The notes beneath the pieces were generated by a model. That model worked only from the letters and a program-made list of their open reading frames with translations. It had not been told where the DNA came from and searched no databases. DNA of 64,000 bases from Octopus vulgaris (lineage: Eukaryota): assembly GCA_951406725.2 (NCBI GenBank), contig OX597828.1, positions 74,648,001 to 74,712,000 on the forward strand. The letters run 5' to 3'. Positions 37,565 through 51,051 of the stretch are shown here, piece after piece. The position numbers were made by a program, and so were the translations under genes. Position 1 is the first letter of the stretch. The number at the start of each line of letters is the position of its first letter.

Positions 37565-37820
37565 GTGTGGTTAGGGCAGTGGACTCGCGGTTTCGATTCC
37601 CAGACCGGGCGTTGTGAGTTTTTGAGGGAGAACACCTAAAGCTCCACGAGGCTCCGGCAGGGGGTGGCGGCGATCCCTGCTGTACTCTTTCGCCACAACT
37701 TTCTCTCACTCTTTCTTCTGTTGGCCTGCTCGCTTAGCCAGCGGGGTGGCTAAAACAATGCGAAGCGCATTGTGACCAGTAACGTGTAGCAACATCTGAT
37801 AGCCTGGTCGGTTACGGTGA
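37565..37820 (+). mobile_element. OR1-like SINE with tail type ii, 5' damaged
   Basis: Reverse complement of 30527-30822 with deletions. Confidence 0.85.
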
Positions 37821-38519
37821 TATATATATATATATATATGGGTGTGTATGTATGTATGTAGGTGATAAAATGCTAGGGTGTGGGTATATACTCACAAACT
37901 TGCATTATATACACACACATACACAAACGCACGCAGATGCACGCACGCAGACAGACATGGGCGCGCGCACACACACTCAGGATATGAAGTAGGTTAGTAA
38001 GACATGGACTGAAAATATGTCTAAACATTTTGAACGAGGCTTTTCATCGTCAGAGCGGAACGTCCTGGCTGGCGGGTCAGACCTCCCCTTCTCTCTTACT
38101 CTTTCTCTCCTTTCGCCTACGTACCTCTTTCTCTCTCTTCCTCATCCTCCCCTTCCAACATTATTTGTCGACGCAGTAGACCGTGATCATCTCTCTAGTT
38201 CGACTGTTACACTTTGATACGACAATAACTGATCCTCCATCGGTAGCTACGATTAACATTAATTCCTTCTCTCAACCGACGTATCTTCTCATTGAATTAA
38301 CGTGAAGTAGCCGAGTATTCCACTGACATTTTCACTCTTAAATCCTTTTCGAGTACAATATGATTCAGCTCTTGACAAAGATAATAAAACACGGGTACAA
38401 TCCACTCGACAGGTTTCGGTACAGTTTCCTTCAGCCCAGTTTCACTTACCGGACTTGGGTTTACTCGAGGATAGGATAAAATGACCACTGCTCGAGATAT
38501 CATGCAACCAGGTCCCTCT

Positions 38520-38962
38520 TAGTAGAATTGTAGCCCCAACCCCAATACCGGTCAAATGAATTTCCCGGGTCCTTTAGTCTTTATTCAAAGTGAGCCCCAG
38601 CATACACAAATCAGAATTGAGCTTTGTGGCCCATGAGGCCTCCGGGCAAATAAATGCACTGGGCCCTATAATATTTATTTATTTATTCACAGTAATCCAC
38701 AACATAAATCAGAATTGAGCCCGTTGATCCATGAGGCCCCCGGGTAAATCAATGCACTAAATTACTTTTTACTGCAAGGCACTCCATATATAGATCCCAA
38801 TTGAGCCCGCTGATCTATGAGGCCCCTGAGCAAATCAGTACCCTAGAACCTACATTATTTATTTATTGACAACAAGGCACACCATATATCAATCCGAATT
38901 GGGCCCTGGACCCGAGAGATCCCTGGGCGACTTCCCAGTCTGATCATGCCTTAAGACGACAC
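38520..38962. repeat. Diverged ~85-100-bp tandem repeat, probably internal to an old hAT-type MITE
   Basis: ATC(A/C)GAATTGAG..CATGAGGCC units at 38610, 38708, 38794, 38892; ends in CCTTAAGACGACACT. Confidence 0.6.
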
Positions 38963-39393
38963 TACATATAACAGGATCGAACGCAGAACTACGTGATTGC
39001 GAAATGAACTTTTAAATCACTCAACGATACAAGTTGCATCCATATAACACGGGCAAATGCGTCTAGACGTCACAGGTTCGAATTAACCGCAATCCATTAT
39101 TGCTCATACGGTTGGACCATAGATCAGTTGTGTTCAAGCACATAACAGGCATTCCAGCAATGAAATCCTATCTGTTGTTCTTTTTATTTTTTCCCCACAG
39201 GTTATATGATCCTTCGCTTGGATTGAAAGCGTAGTTGTGATGTGTAAGGGAGTTGGTTGCTATTTCTAGCAAGTTCATCGATCATTTAGTTATTCCTTCA
39301 TTGGCGCCACTTTCCTGCTTTGTCTTTGTCAGGTCCTCCATTAATTCGTGGTCTAATAGCTTATACATGATGCAACCAACACCCACACATGTA

Positions 39394-39447
<54 letters not shown>

Positions 39448-39750
39448 TTAGACACACACAACATCTCTGAGTCATAAATACATGTTGATACGTGTTAATG
39501 CTATTAGGAAACCCAACAATTATATTTACGGATGTTGACACACACTGGTTAGATTTCACCGACAATAAGCATAGACCACACCCACAAATCAATCACAAAA
39601 GGTGTTAACGATGGTGTTAATAAAACAGACCCGATATGGTCACTTGCTTTCCAAGAAATAGCAGACAAGTCGCTCTCATTTGGCAACCTGTCGTTTTCTC
39701 CTTTTTTTTTTTTATTATTAATATTTTTTAAAGTCACATTCACCAATGTA

Positions 39751-39920
39751 TAGGCACAGGAGTGGCTGTGTGGTAAGCTTACCAACCACATGGTTCCGGG
39801 TTCAGTCCCACTGCGTGGCATCTTGGGCAAGTGTCTTCTACTATAGCCTCATGTCGGCTAAAGCCTTGTGAGTGGATTTGGTAGACGGAAACACAAAGAA
39901 GCCCGTCGTATATATGGATG

Positions 39921-39997
<77 letters not shown>

Positions 39998-40195
39998 GTG
40001 TCTGTGTTTGTCCTCCCACCAACATCGCTTGACAAACGATGCTGGTGTGTTTATGTCCCCGTCACTTGGCTGTTCGGCAAAAGAGACCGATAGAATAAGT
40101 ACTGGGCTTACAAAGAATAAGTCCCGTAGTGGATTTGCTCGACTAAAGGCGGTGCTCCTGCATGGCCGCAGTCAAATGACTGAAACAAGAGTAAA
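39751..40195 (+). mobile_element. Family A SINE with expanded internal (TG)n
   Basis: Near full-length match to 52174. Confidence 0.92.
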
Positions 40196-40267
40196 GCAGT
40201 CATGGATGGGCCATGACTGAAAAAGAGGCAAGACTATAATGCTCGCAACGCAGCATTCGGTATGTCG

Positions 40268-40485
40268 TACTTAACGTAGATACACAGTAGAAAGCCGGAA
40301 AACTGCGGTATTCGTCCCGAGAAAACATCCGCTACAGATATATTTCTGCGTTTTTAATACTATATATCTATACCAAATGTTTCCTCGAGATGAATATCGC
40401 AGTTTTCTGGCTTTCTACAGTATATCTGCGTTTAGTATAATAAACAAGATGCTATTTTGAACTGGATCGGTTTCCAACGCTAATA
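40268..40485. repeat. Old palindromic MITE-like element
   Basis: Inverted arms ~40268-40328 / 40377-40437; related copy at 26478. Confidence 0.7.
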
Positions 40486-40730
40486 ATTTTGCAACGTCTG
40501 ACAATAAAATCGTCTACCGGATCAGAATGATCAAGGACTACACAACAACAACATCAGAAACAGCAACTTTCACGATTTAACACAAAATCACAAACGCATC
40601 TGTAAACTAAAATTAAAAAAGTGCCACGTCATAAAGGGAGGATAGTTCCTGACCTCCCTAAGTTCCATTCCTCGGAGTTCCTGGTCAGTTAATCTTTCAA
40701 ACACCCAGACACATTCCCTGCTATTAAGAA

Positions 40731-40885
40731 AAGTGGCTGCGTTTTAAGAAGCTTGCTTCCCAACCACACAGTTCTGAGTTCAGTTCCACTACGTGACACC
40801 TTGTACGAGTGTCGTCTTCTATAGCCTCGGGCCGACCAAATCCTAGTGCGTGGATTTGGTAGACGGAAACTGAAAGAAGCCCGTC

Positions 40886-40955
<70 letters not shown>

Positions 40956-41130
40956 ACGATCGCTTGACAACCGATGCTGGTGTGTTTACGTCCCCGGGTC
41001 TTAGCGGTTCGGCACAAGACTCCGACAGAATAAGTACTAGGCTTACAAAGAATAAGTCCTGGGATCGATTTGTTCAACTGAAGGTAGTGCTCCAGCATGG
41101 CCGCAGTCAAATGACTGAAACAAAAAAAAA
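40731..41130 (+). mobile_element. Family A SINE
   Basis: Collinear with other copies. Confidence 0.9.
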
Positions 41131-41177
41131 AGTATAGGAGAAACTCTAGAATACTACGAGGATACCATCCTAACTAG

Positions 41178-41502
41178 CCCTCCGTCGAATACGACGATGA
41201 CTATTCCAGTTGATCAGATCGACCGAAGAGCCCGCTCGTAAAAATCAACGTGCAAGAGGTTGTGCATTCCACAGACATGTGTTGTAGCCTTAATGGAATT
41301 TTCAGGGGCGATTCAGCGTGACACACAATGTGACAAGGCTGGCCCTTTGAGTTACAGGAACAGCTTACTTTTGCTAGCTGAGTAAACTGGAGCAACATAA
41401 AAGGAAGTGTCTTGTTCAAGGACAGAACGAGCTGCTGGGACTCGAACTCACGACTTTTGGATCGTGAGCCTCATACCCTAACCACTAAACCACGCGCATT
41501 CA
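41178..41502 (-). mobile_element. OR2-like SINE head joined to tail type iii
   Basis: Head as 3390-3726, tail as 23484. Confidence 0.8.
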
Positions 41503-41752
41503 CTAACGTCCATCCATCCACTCAGATCAAGCACGTTACATTGATGATACTTCGGGATACTACTCCAACGCTGTCCTAACAGTATTAACACTCTCACTCG
41601 GTTCAGACGTACCTAACGGACCCCAGAACACTGCCAACGCGATACAATCATACCGACAGTTTCTTTCCCCACAACTCAACACAAAGCTTTGGTCGACCCG
41701 AGAAAACATTTGCCCAAGATGCCATGAAGTGAGGAAGCAAGAATCTTACAAT

Positions 41753-42023
41753 CAGAACTGTGGAGTCGGAGTCGTAGAGTCGGAAACAATTAAGGGGTGG
41801 TCGGAGTCGGCAAAACTATACCGACCCCGGCCCACAATGTCTTTATTCTTTAATATAAACCAATTATAAGATATAGGCCTACTCAAAGTACAAGCGTATG
41901 ATGCATATGCTTTATAAGATATTTAGACCACAACCACTTGACCACATACAGAGGAGTCGGTGTTGGAGGTGCCAATAGTAGAGGAGTCAGAGTCGAAGAT
42001 TTTGTTTCGACTCCACAGTCTTG
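41753..42023. mobile_element. hAT-type MITE with GAGTCG subterminal repeats
   Basis: TIRs CAGAACTGTGGAGTCG / CGACTCCACAGTCTTG; 8-bp TSD CTTACAAT / CTTACAAC. Confidence 0.85.
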
Positions 42024-42146
42024 CTTACAACACAACTATTCCTACACACACACACACAAACAAACGAAGGTGATGGAAAAGCTAATAAATAATTATCCAA
42101 AATTCTGACTACCTCCTTTTCCTTACTGTATAATATCTGCATACCT

Positions 42147-42376
42147 ATTTCTTTATTACCCACAAGGGGCTAAACATAGAGGGGACAAACAAGGACAGAC
42201 AAAGGTATTAAGTCGATACATCGCCCCAGTACGTAACTGGTACTTAATTTATCGACCCCGAAAGGATGAAAGGCTAAGTCGACCGCGGCGGAATTTGAAC
42301 TCAGAACGTAAAGACAGACGAAATACCGCTAAGCATTTCGCCCGGCCTGATAACGATTCTGCCAGCTCGCCGCCTT
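42147..42376 (-). mobile_element. Young full-length family N SINE
   Basis: TSD TATAATATCTGCA(T/C)ACC on both sides. Confidence 0.93.
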
Positions 42377-42939
42377 TATATAATATCTGCACACCACTTC
42401 AGACTTTATATACATAAGGTTCGCGGTCGGTTTCGACGATGAGGATTTTACTTGTTAGATTTAATAAATTAGCCGTTCCTGAATTAACGCGTTGGTGGCC
42501 GAGTATTCCATAGTACTTGTAACCTTCATATATTTCTCCGAGAGATCCAGCATGATGGAAAGCATGTATGACAAGGGTGTGCCTTTTGAACTCCAAGTAC
42601 AATCCAGTCGATGACCTTCTCTGCAGTTTTCATCAATCCAGTTTCAGGGTAAGTGTCGACCCGACTCTATCTGAAATGACGTTTATTCAAGATGCCTATT
42701 GTGGAATCGAGCCCGGGATCTTGTGGTTGTGTAGCGAACTTCTTAACCATTTGGCCACATGTGTGTGTTCGTGTGGTGGAGAAATGTATGTGAACGTGAG
42801 TGTATGCGTGCGTGTGTGTGTGTGTGTGTGTGTATGCGCGAATGTGAGTGAGGGGGACGTGAATGTATGTGTGTGTGTGTGTGTGTGTGGAAACGTATGG
42901 ATATGGGAATGTATGCGTGAGTGTAGATGTGTGAACGTG

Positions 42940-43450
42940 TATGTGTGCGAACGTGTGTGTGAATGCGTGAACGCGTGTGTGGATGTGTGGACGTGTGTAT
43001 AGGTGTGTGAACGCGTGAGTGGATGTGTGAACGCGTGTGTGGATGTGTGAACGCGTGTGTGGATGTGCGAACGCGTGAGTGTATGTGCGAACGCGTGTGT
43101 CGATGTGTGAACGCGTGTGTGGATGTGTGAACGTGTGTGTGGATGTGTGAACGCGTGTGTGGATGTGCGAACGCGTGTGGGGATGTGTGAACGTGTGTGT
43201 AGATGTGTGTGTGTGTGTGAATGTGTGAACACGTGTGTGGATGTGTGAACGTGTGTGTGGATGTGTGAACGCGTGTGTGGAATTGTGAACGCGTGTGTGG
43301 ATGTGTGAACGCGTGTGTGGATGTGTGAACGTGTGTGTGGATGTGTGAACGCGTGAGTGGATGTGTGAACGCGTGAGTGGATGTGCGAGCGCGTGAGTGG
43401 ATGTGTGAACGTGTGTGTAGATGTGTGTGTGTGTGTGAATGTGTGAACGT
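42940..43450. repeat. 20-bp minisatellite GTGTGTGGATGTGTGAACGC
   Basis: Directly visible. Confidence 0.93.
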
Positions 43451-43583
43451 TTGAGTGTGGGAAGATGCGTGTGCTATTAAACTAGTCTTTATGGATATTG
43501 CATGCTTGTTTCATCGTAAGCTCGCTGTGTTGGTGCAGCAACAGGAGGATCTCGCTCGTCATTGTTCCATTATAGGAATATCT

Positions 43584-43625
<42 letters not shown>

Positions 43626-43639
43626 ACACACACCTATTA

Positions 43640-43940
43640 TTTCACTCACTGAACTGTGGCCATACTTGGGCACAACTTTGAGTTTTTAGACAAAGAAATC
43701 GAAAAAACTTGCTCTAAGTTACAGGGACGTAAACAAACCAACACTGTTAAGACGTGGTAAGAGACAAACACAGACACACAAACGATGGGCTTCTTTCAGT
43801 TTCTAGCTACCGAAGCCGCTCACAAGAGTTTGGTTGACCTAGGAAATAGCCAATTGGCCATGGTGCCATGCAGTAGGACTGAACTTGAGACGATAACGTT
43901 GGGAACCCAGCTTCTCCATCTCCCAGCCACGCCGACGCCT
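43640..43940 (-). mobile_element. Old family A SINE
   Basis: GGGACGTAAACAAACCA, GGGCTTCTTTCAGTTT, GGACTGAAC blocks. Confidence 0.7.
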
Positions 43941-44194
43941 GAATATCTTTAGGTTAAGAGTAGACGGGTCATTATATTCATAGATGCGTGTATTCTCAGC
44001 TCCAGCATTTAAAACGGAAACAGACAGACAGATATTGAGAGAGAGAGAGACAGAGGCAGAGATAGATAGACAGATAGTGAGAGAGAGAGAGACAGAGGCA
44101 GAGATAGATAGACAGATAGTGAGAGAGAAAGAGGGCGAGAGAAAGAGAAAGGGAGAGAATGATGTGCGTGAGTATCAGTGTATGCACATGTGTA

Positions 44195-44272
44195 TACGTG
44201 AGTGCGCACGTGAGTGCGTACGTGAGTGCGTACGTGAGTGCGTACGTGAGTGCGTACGTGAGTGCGCACGTG
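44195..44272. repeat. 12-bp tandem repeat CGTGAGTGCG(T/C)A
   Basis: About six units. Confidence 0.9.
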
Positions 44273-44506
44273 ACTGGATCCAGTCACAATGTGAACCGAA
44301 GAAAGATAATCGAGTGATAATCAAATATCAATAAGTCAATATTTACAGTGTAAACATTTTGAAAACAATGGAAGACGGGAGAGGGATGGAGGGCGGGGGG
44401 AGAAGTGAGGTGAAGCGGAGAACTACTGGAGCTCTCGAATCTAAGGAGGCCGGAAAGTTATAAATTACTATGATGGATGGACAGATTAATCAGAGCTGCA
44501 GAAGTG

Positions 44507-44726
44507 CAGTAATCCCTCGACTATCGCGGGTGTTACGTTCCAAAACCCCGCCTGCAATAGGTGAAAATCCGCGAAGAAGAAACAGTACTTGTACTGTATA
44601 TATTTTTCAAATTATTTTTTTAGTTTGTATATATTTATTTTATTATAAATGCAAAACAACACCACAGAGGAATCGACATAAGCTTAAATAATAAACCGCG
44701 ATAAGTGAACCGCGATATGGCGAGGG
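44507..44726. mobile_element. Tigger/pogo-type MITE
   Basis: TIRs CAGTAATCCCTCGACTATCGCGG / CCGCGATATGGCGAGGG; right end also present reversed at 62119-62200. Confidence 0.8.
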
Positions 44727-44892
44727 GTCTCTTCAAGCTTTGACACAAAGCTTGCAATTTTGGAGGACGGGGTAAGTCGACTACATCGACCCCAGTACTC
44801 AACTGGTACTTATTTTTTTATTGATCCCCGAAAAGATAAAAGGTTTATATTAAAGAGGCAAAATGAAACCGCACATAATACATTATATAGAG

Positions 44893-45162
44893 CAGCGATT
44901 CTCAGCCGGGGTCAGTATGACCCTTGGCAGTCCCTTTGAGCCCTGGGACTTCATATAAGATTTTATGAAATGGAAATGGTTTATACTTCTGCAATAGACA
45001 TAACATTCCAACAACTTGTTTATTCAGTTCCTAATAATATTTTGTCACAAAAATATAAAAGGGCTTTTTAAAGCATTCCCTGGTTATGAGGGACCACTCG
45101 AGTAAAACAGGAACCAAAGGGGGTCCACATTGGTAAGGAGCATATATTTATGAGAAGCACTT
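44893..45162. mobile_element. hAT (Charlie-like) MITE
   Basis: CAGCGATTCTCA / TGAGAAGCACT termini with GGGGTC subterminal motifs. Confidence 0.55.
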
Positions 45163-45274
45163 GAGTGACATAGGTTATTGTCTTCGCAGGAAAGAATCGA
45201 AAAGAAACTCCGAGCACTAATCGTGTGATTCACCAACTGACAAGGTACATATGTGCGAGTATACATATGTTGGT

Positions 45275-45681
45275 TTCAAATTTTGGCACAAGGCCAACAA
45301 TTTCGGGGGAGGTGGGTGATTACATCGACCCCAGTGATCAACTGGTACTTATTTTATCGACCTCGAAAAGATCAAAAAGTAAAATCTACCTCCGCAGAAT
45401 TTGAACTCATAACGTAAAGACGGACGAAATGCCGCTAATATATATTATTTTGCCCGCCGTGCTAAAGATTTTGTCATCTCGCTGCTGTATATGGTGGTAA
45501 TAATCCTTTCTATTATAGGATTAGATCGACCCCAGTACTTAACTGGTACTAATTTTATCGACGTCGAAATGATAAAAGGCAAAGTCGACCTCGGCAGAAT
45601 TTGAACTTAGAAAGTACAGATGGACGAAATGCTACTAAGCATTTCATCCGGCGTGCTAACGCTTCTGCCAGCTCGTCGCCT

Positions 45682-45682
<1 letters not shown>
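45275..45682 (-). mobile_element. Two tandem family N SINEs
   Basis: Two cores on minus strand with TAATAA linker. Confidence 0.85.
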
Positions 45683-45728
<46 letters not shown>

Positions 45729-46125
45729 ACATATATTGCAATTGTGACTAATCTACAGCAATTATCAAGTTACGACCTCGTATGACCAAGTTCAGAAGCC
45801 ACAAGACATAAGCAATAATTCATAATTCAAGCTAGTTTTTGTGTATTTAAAAAATTTTTCTTTCCTTTTTTTTTTGTCTTATATTCATATTTCCACAGAT
45901 GACTAATCTCTTTATCCATCATAATAATTTATAACTTTCCCGTCTTCTCACATTCGAGAGCTCCAGTAGGTCTCCATTTCATCAACACTCAATCCTACTT
46001 CGCCCTCATCTCTCCCCACCTCTTCCATTGTTTCAAAATGCTTACACTGTAAATATTGGCTTACTTATTGATATTTAATTATCATTGTGTTATCTCTCTC
46101 ACTTCACACTATGACTAGATCGATA

Positions 46126-46166
<41 letters not shown>

Positions 46167-46591
46167 AGAGGGAAACAAAGAGAGAGCTAGACAGACAAAG
46201 ATATGGCTAATTATCAATACTTTATCAGTAAACTCTTGTCTTAATTATATGTGCTGAGGTCCGAATGATTAATATACTTAGCTGTAGTCCACTCCACTGC
46301 TCCCAGTAGTCACTCGATATACTAGAAATAGCAGCCAATTCTCTTTCTGATCACAGACCTATTGTCTTAAGAAGAGGGAAAACTACATTATATGCATTGG
46401 CTGCAGACACTCTTTAACTGACGAAGTGGTCGTTGATGGAATACTTTTGGTAATTCAGAGCCCACCCGGGTTAAACAACAATAGTGTAATACTCCAATTA
46501 GGGGTACGGCGTCGTTTTTCGATTGATTTGTCTCGCATTTTTCTTTCTCGCTTCTTTTGTTTAGATTTTTGTTGTTTTGTTAAATGACTTC

Positions 46592-46700
<109 letters not shown>

Positions 46701-46921
46701 ATGTGTTGTTTGATGTCGAACGAATGACAAAGGAGTGCTCAGTAGATGTTGTAGAGGATATGTATCTTATTCAAACCGAAGCTGTTCTCGCGACTTGAGT
46801 CTCACGCCATTGTGATCATCAGGCAAAAAAAACCCCATCATTTCGCTTGAAGATCGCTGTGGCGTGAAACTCGAGTCACCAGTCTTAGATTCAATTTTAA
46901 TAAAAATAATCCACATGCATG

Positions 46922-47003
<82 letters not shown>

Positions 47004-47750
47004 CACACACATGCACGCTTACACTGCCACACCACCTCGAATGGTAAAAATTGGAATATTAACCACTTTAAAATCTAGACTTAAAAGTAGAAGAGCGAAA
47101 CCAAGTTCCGTAAAGAGTTGTTGCTTTCACCATTTCTGTCTCTCCACGAAATTCTTCTAAGATAGAGATAATAATTTCTCAGAAGGTCATCAAGTCACAC
47201 ACATTTTGATGAAGTCGATTTTTTCGATTTTAGAATATAACCGGTACTTTATTTCATCCAGTCTTGAAGGATGAAAGTTAAACTCGACTTCTGCGCGTTT
47301 TGACCTCAGAACGAAAAGAAACGTATTGTATCCGACGCTCTAGAGATTTTACCTTCTTTTGGGATTATATTTATAGATTTTTTTTTTTTAGTTTTCTTAA
47401 ACCAATCCCACAGATCTGAAGTCTTCGGAAGTTCCCAACAGTCATTGTTTTATCAATATCTTCGTCATTGTATCATCACCATTTGAAATCAACAGAGGTC
47501 GCAGTATTATTATTATTATTGTTGTTGTTGTTGTTATTATTATTATCATCATTATTATTGACTGACAATAGCAGACCAGTCTCCCAAACAAGAACTACCA
47601 ATCCCGTAAAAGCACAAAGACACAAACGTGTGTGTGTGTGTGTGTTCTTTTGTGTTTCCTTTTAAAGATAATCAATTGTATTCCTACAAAGATAGTTTTT
47701 CAGATATATTTAGATAATGCACTGTTGGAATTTACACGGAGAGAGAGAGG

Positions 47751-47785
<35 letters not shown>

Positions 47786-48043
47786 CTCTTTCTCTGAGAA
47801 GTGATTCCATTTCTCATCCTCATTAAATATCTGTGGAACCTGGAGAATACAAAACTACACACGAAGCGACCCTCATTTATCAAAGTAAACTGACACACCA
47901 CCGCCACCACATACGTATACACACACATTTTATGTGTGTGTGTGTGTGAACGTATGTATGTATGAGTATGTAAGTATGTGTGTATGCATGTGTGTGTATG
48001 TGTGCATGTATGTACATATGTGTTTGTGTTCATGTATGTATAT

Positions 48044-49340
48044 ATGTGTCAACCTATGAATAATGCAGTTTTTTCAATTGCATGAACTAAAAGTCGGAGG
48101 GGGACGGGATAAACTCCCTGCATCAACTTGCTATAAAAGTAGGTAGTAATTTTACCTTGTCCTTATTCTTAGTGCAAATTTTGAAGAGTGCAGTTCGATT
48201 TTAACAGCTATTCTTTCAAAGCTGTAATGGAAGTGACAGAGGAGCATATTCGGCATATTTTGCTTTATGAGTTTAATAAAGGCTACACACCAACGGAAAG
48301 TGTGAGGAATATTGATGCAGTTTGTGGGGATCGGACAATAAGCGTAGGCCAGTGTCAACGGTGGTTCCAGAAATTCTGAGCTGCAAACTACAGCCTACAA
48401 GACGAGTCTCATCCTGGAAGATCTTTAGAGGTTGACGTGGACGTCCTGCAAACCCTGGTGGAACAAAGTCCCATCTTATTGGAGGATCTAACAGAGAAGC
48501 TTGGATTTGGTCATTCAACCGTTCATTGTTACCTCCATACCATTGGAAAAGTCAGCAAATTGGGTCAATGGGTTCCTCACAAACTTTCCGAGTCTAATCG
48601 CGCACAGACAGTGGATGTGCGCTCTTCTTTGCAATCACGTCTCACGAATGATTTTTTGGAGAGGGGGGTGGTGAATAGTGACTGGTGACAAGAAATGGGT
48701 TCTCTATAAAAATGTGAAGCTCCGAAGACAGTGGGTAGAGAAAGGAGAAACACCGGCACCCCAGGCTAAAGAAGGCTTTCATTCACGTAAGGTGTTGTTA
48801 TCTGTTTGGTGGGATATGAAAGGTTTAGTCTACTTTGAACTTTTAAACCCCAACCAAACGATAACAAAGGAGATCTACTACGAGCAGCTTGAGTGGCTTA
48901 AGTCAGCGCCAGAAGGAATACGACCATCTTTGGTTTCAAAACGAAAGGTGTTCTTCCATCAGGATAATGTTCGGCCACATACAGCAAGGATGACATTCCA
49001 AAGGCTGGAGCAGCTTGAATGGGAAACGATGCCCCATCCACCATATATATATATTTCACCGGACATTGCCCCATCTGATTATCATTCATTCCGCAGTCTT
49101 CAAACTCATTTGGACGGGAAACTTATGAATTCTGTAGACGAGGTCTGAACAGTACTGGAGGGAGTATTTGTTGTCAGGGACAAGTGAATTTTAGAAGAGG
49201 GACCTTGCAGTCTACGAGAAAGATGGAAGAGCATTACAGAAAATGAAGGAGAGTAAATTTTAGATTTAAAAGGGACTTTGTTTATCTCAATTTTGAAAAA
49301 GAAAAGTATAAAAAACCGCATTATTTATGGGATGACCCAA
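48044..49340 (+). mobile_element. Full-length decayed mariner transposon
   Basis: Right TIR CGCATTATTTATGGGATGACCCAA|TA; degenerate left TIR ATGTGTCAACCTATGAATAATGCAG. Confidence 0.93.
48227..49268 (+). pseudogene. mariner transposase pseudogene
   Basis: MEVTEEHIRHILLYEF, WVPHKL, VTGDKKW, HQDNVRPH, HPPY..SPDIAPSDY; stops and frameshifts. Confidence 0.93.
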
Positions 49341-49488
49341 TACATGTGTGTATGTATGTATATATATGTTTGAGTGTGTGTGTATGTAAGCATGTATGTA
49401 TGTGTGTGTGTGAATGCATGTATGTGTATGTATGCATGTACATATGTGTGTGCATGCATGTGTGTACATGTGTGTACATGCATGTATG

Positions 49489-49519
<31 letters not shown>

Positions 49520-49621
49520 ATTTATACGTATATATATATGCGTGTGTGTGTGTGTGTGTGTGTGTGCATATGTCAAAACATATATATATATATATTTGCT
49601 GTATATGAGTAAGCACGTAAG

Positions 49622-49652
<31 letters not shown>

Positions 49653-49949
49653 CTGTGAGTGTATGCGCACGCGCGTGTATGCGGAAATGACTATTTAAGA
49701 AACAGGATGAAAAGAGTTAATTCCGATAGTTTCACTTCGGAAATCAAACGAAATCCAAGAAGGCAACAAAATAATACTATCAATAATAATAATAATAATA
49801 ATAGCAAGAACAGATAAGAACTGCGCTCTGCTTCTCTCTCTCTCTCTCTCTCTTCAATATAGTTTACAAGTTATTTTAGCTTCCGACGGTTCATTCAGTT
49901 GATTAGATTCTTTTCGTGGGAATCGCTTCGTCCATGTTGTGAGCTTTTT

Positions 49950-50095
49950 ACTTACGTGCTTAAAACTGCCTTCAAAACGTTCTTATCTCCAAATCTTGTC
50001 TGATCCACGCGAAGGCGTAAACAAATGCGGTCGATTCATTCCGCGATGAACGATTTACTCGCGAATCATTTATAATTGCTGTCTTATATATAAAA
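49950..50095 (-). promoter_or_regulatory. Candidate TATA box, short first exon and splice donor
   Basis: TATATATAA (minus, 50084-50092), CpG-rich unique sequence, CAC|GTAAGT donor at 49955-49950; no transcript evidence. Confidence 0.25.
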
Positions 50096-50402
50096 CACTT
50101 GCCAACCTGGGGGCTCTCTTAACGATCTGTTGACCTACTAAAAATAATAGCGCGATGAGGAATAAATGTGTGTAATGAAATTATGTTAGATAAGCGCGCA
50201 CACACAGGAACACACACGCACACATCTACACACACACACACACACACATCTACACACACACATCCATACACACACACGCGCACACACACATCCACATCCA
50301 CACACATCCACGCACACACATACATCCACGCACGCACACACATCCACAAACACACACGCACATCCATCCACACACACACATCCACACACATATCCATCCA
50401 CA

Positions 50403-50447
<45 letters not shown>

Positions 50448-51051
50448 TCATTAATAAGAGCGATGTTTCTGGTAAAATCTCTTATTAACTCCAAGCCGTC
50501 AGTGTTATTTTATCAAATAAATATCTTCAAATTGGTTTCGGTTTGTTTATGTTATTCATAATAAAGATGGCGTCTTATTTAACGTCGGCAATCGAGAAGG
50601 GAGATAAGCAATCCCTGATGAGCATTAAATGTATATGAAACTACTAGGACGGTCTCTCACACATTCTCCGTATGTGTGTGTGCTCATACATACACAGCAT
50701 TACACACATATGCTCATTCATACACATAATCATCATACACGTACATACACACACCGATGCGTTGGTTGCAAAAGCTCCAGTGGTTTCTGTATAAACATTT
50801 TTTATAGTACTAAAGACTTGTAGGCACTTGGTATTTCGTCATGCACCCATAATATTCTATAAAGTATATGAAACGTTTTTATAAGCCAGTACCGGGCTCT
50901 ATAATAAACTATAACGCATTTTTTATAGTGACAGTAAAATATATACTGTGATACCTCGAGGTACAAGTTCAAATTCGTTACATGACCGAGCTCTACTTAT
51001 GATTTTTTCGTTTTACAAATCAATTTTCCTCATTGAAATTAACTAAAATAT

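Larger units (their letters stand above)
44277..46121. mobile_element. Old element with ~225-bp inverted arms, inflated by nested insertions
   Basis: 44277-44503 aligns to the reverse complement of 45890-46121 (AAATATCAATAAGT, AATATTTACAGTGTAA, CTACTGGAGCTCTCGAAT, GGAAAGTTATAAATTA blocks). Confidence 0.75.

Noticed and set aside
29005-43450. CRISPR-like periodicity in the 24-bp, 20-bp and ~95-bp arrays
   Set aside because: No unique spacers, units are derived from simple repeats, eukaryotic context, no cas genes
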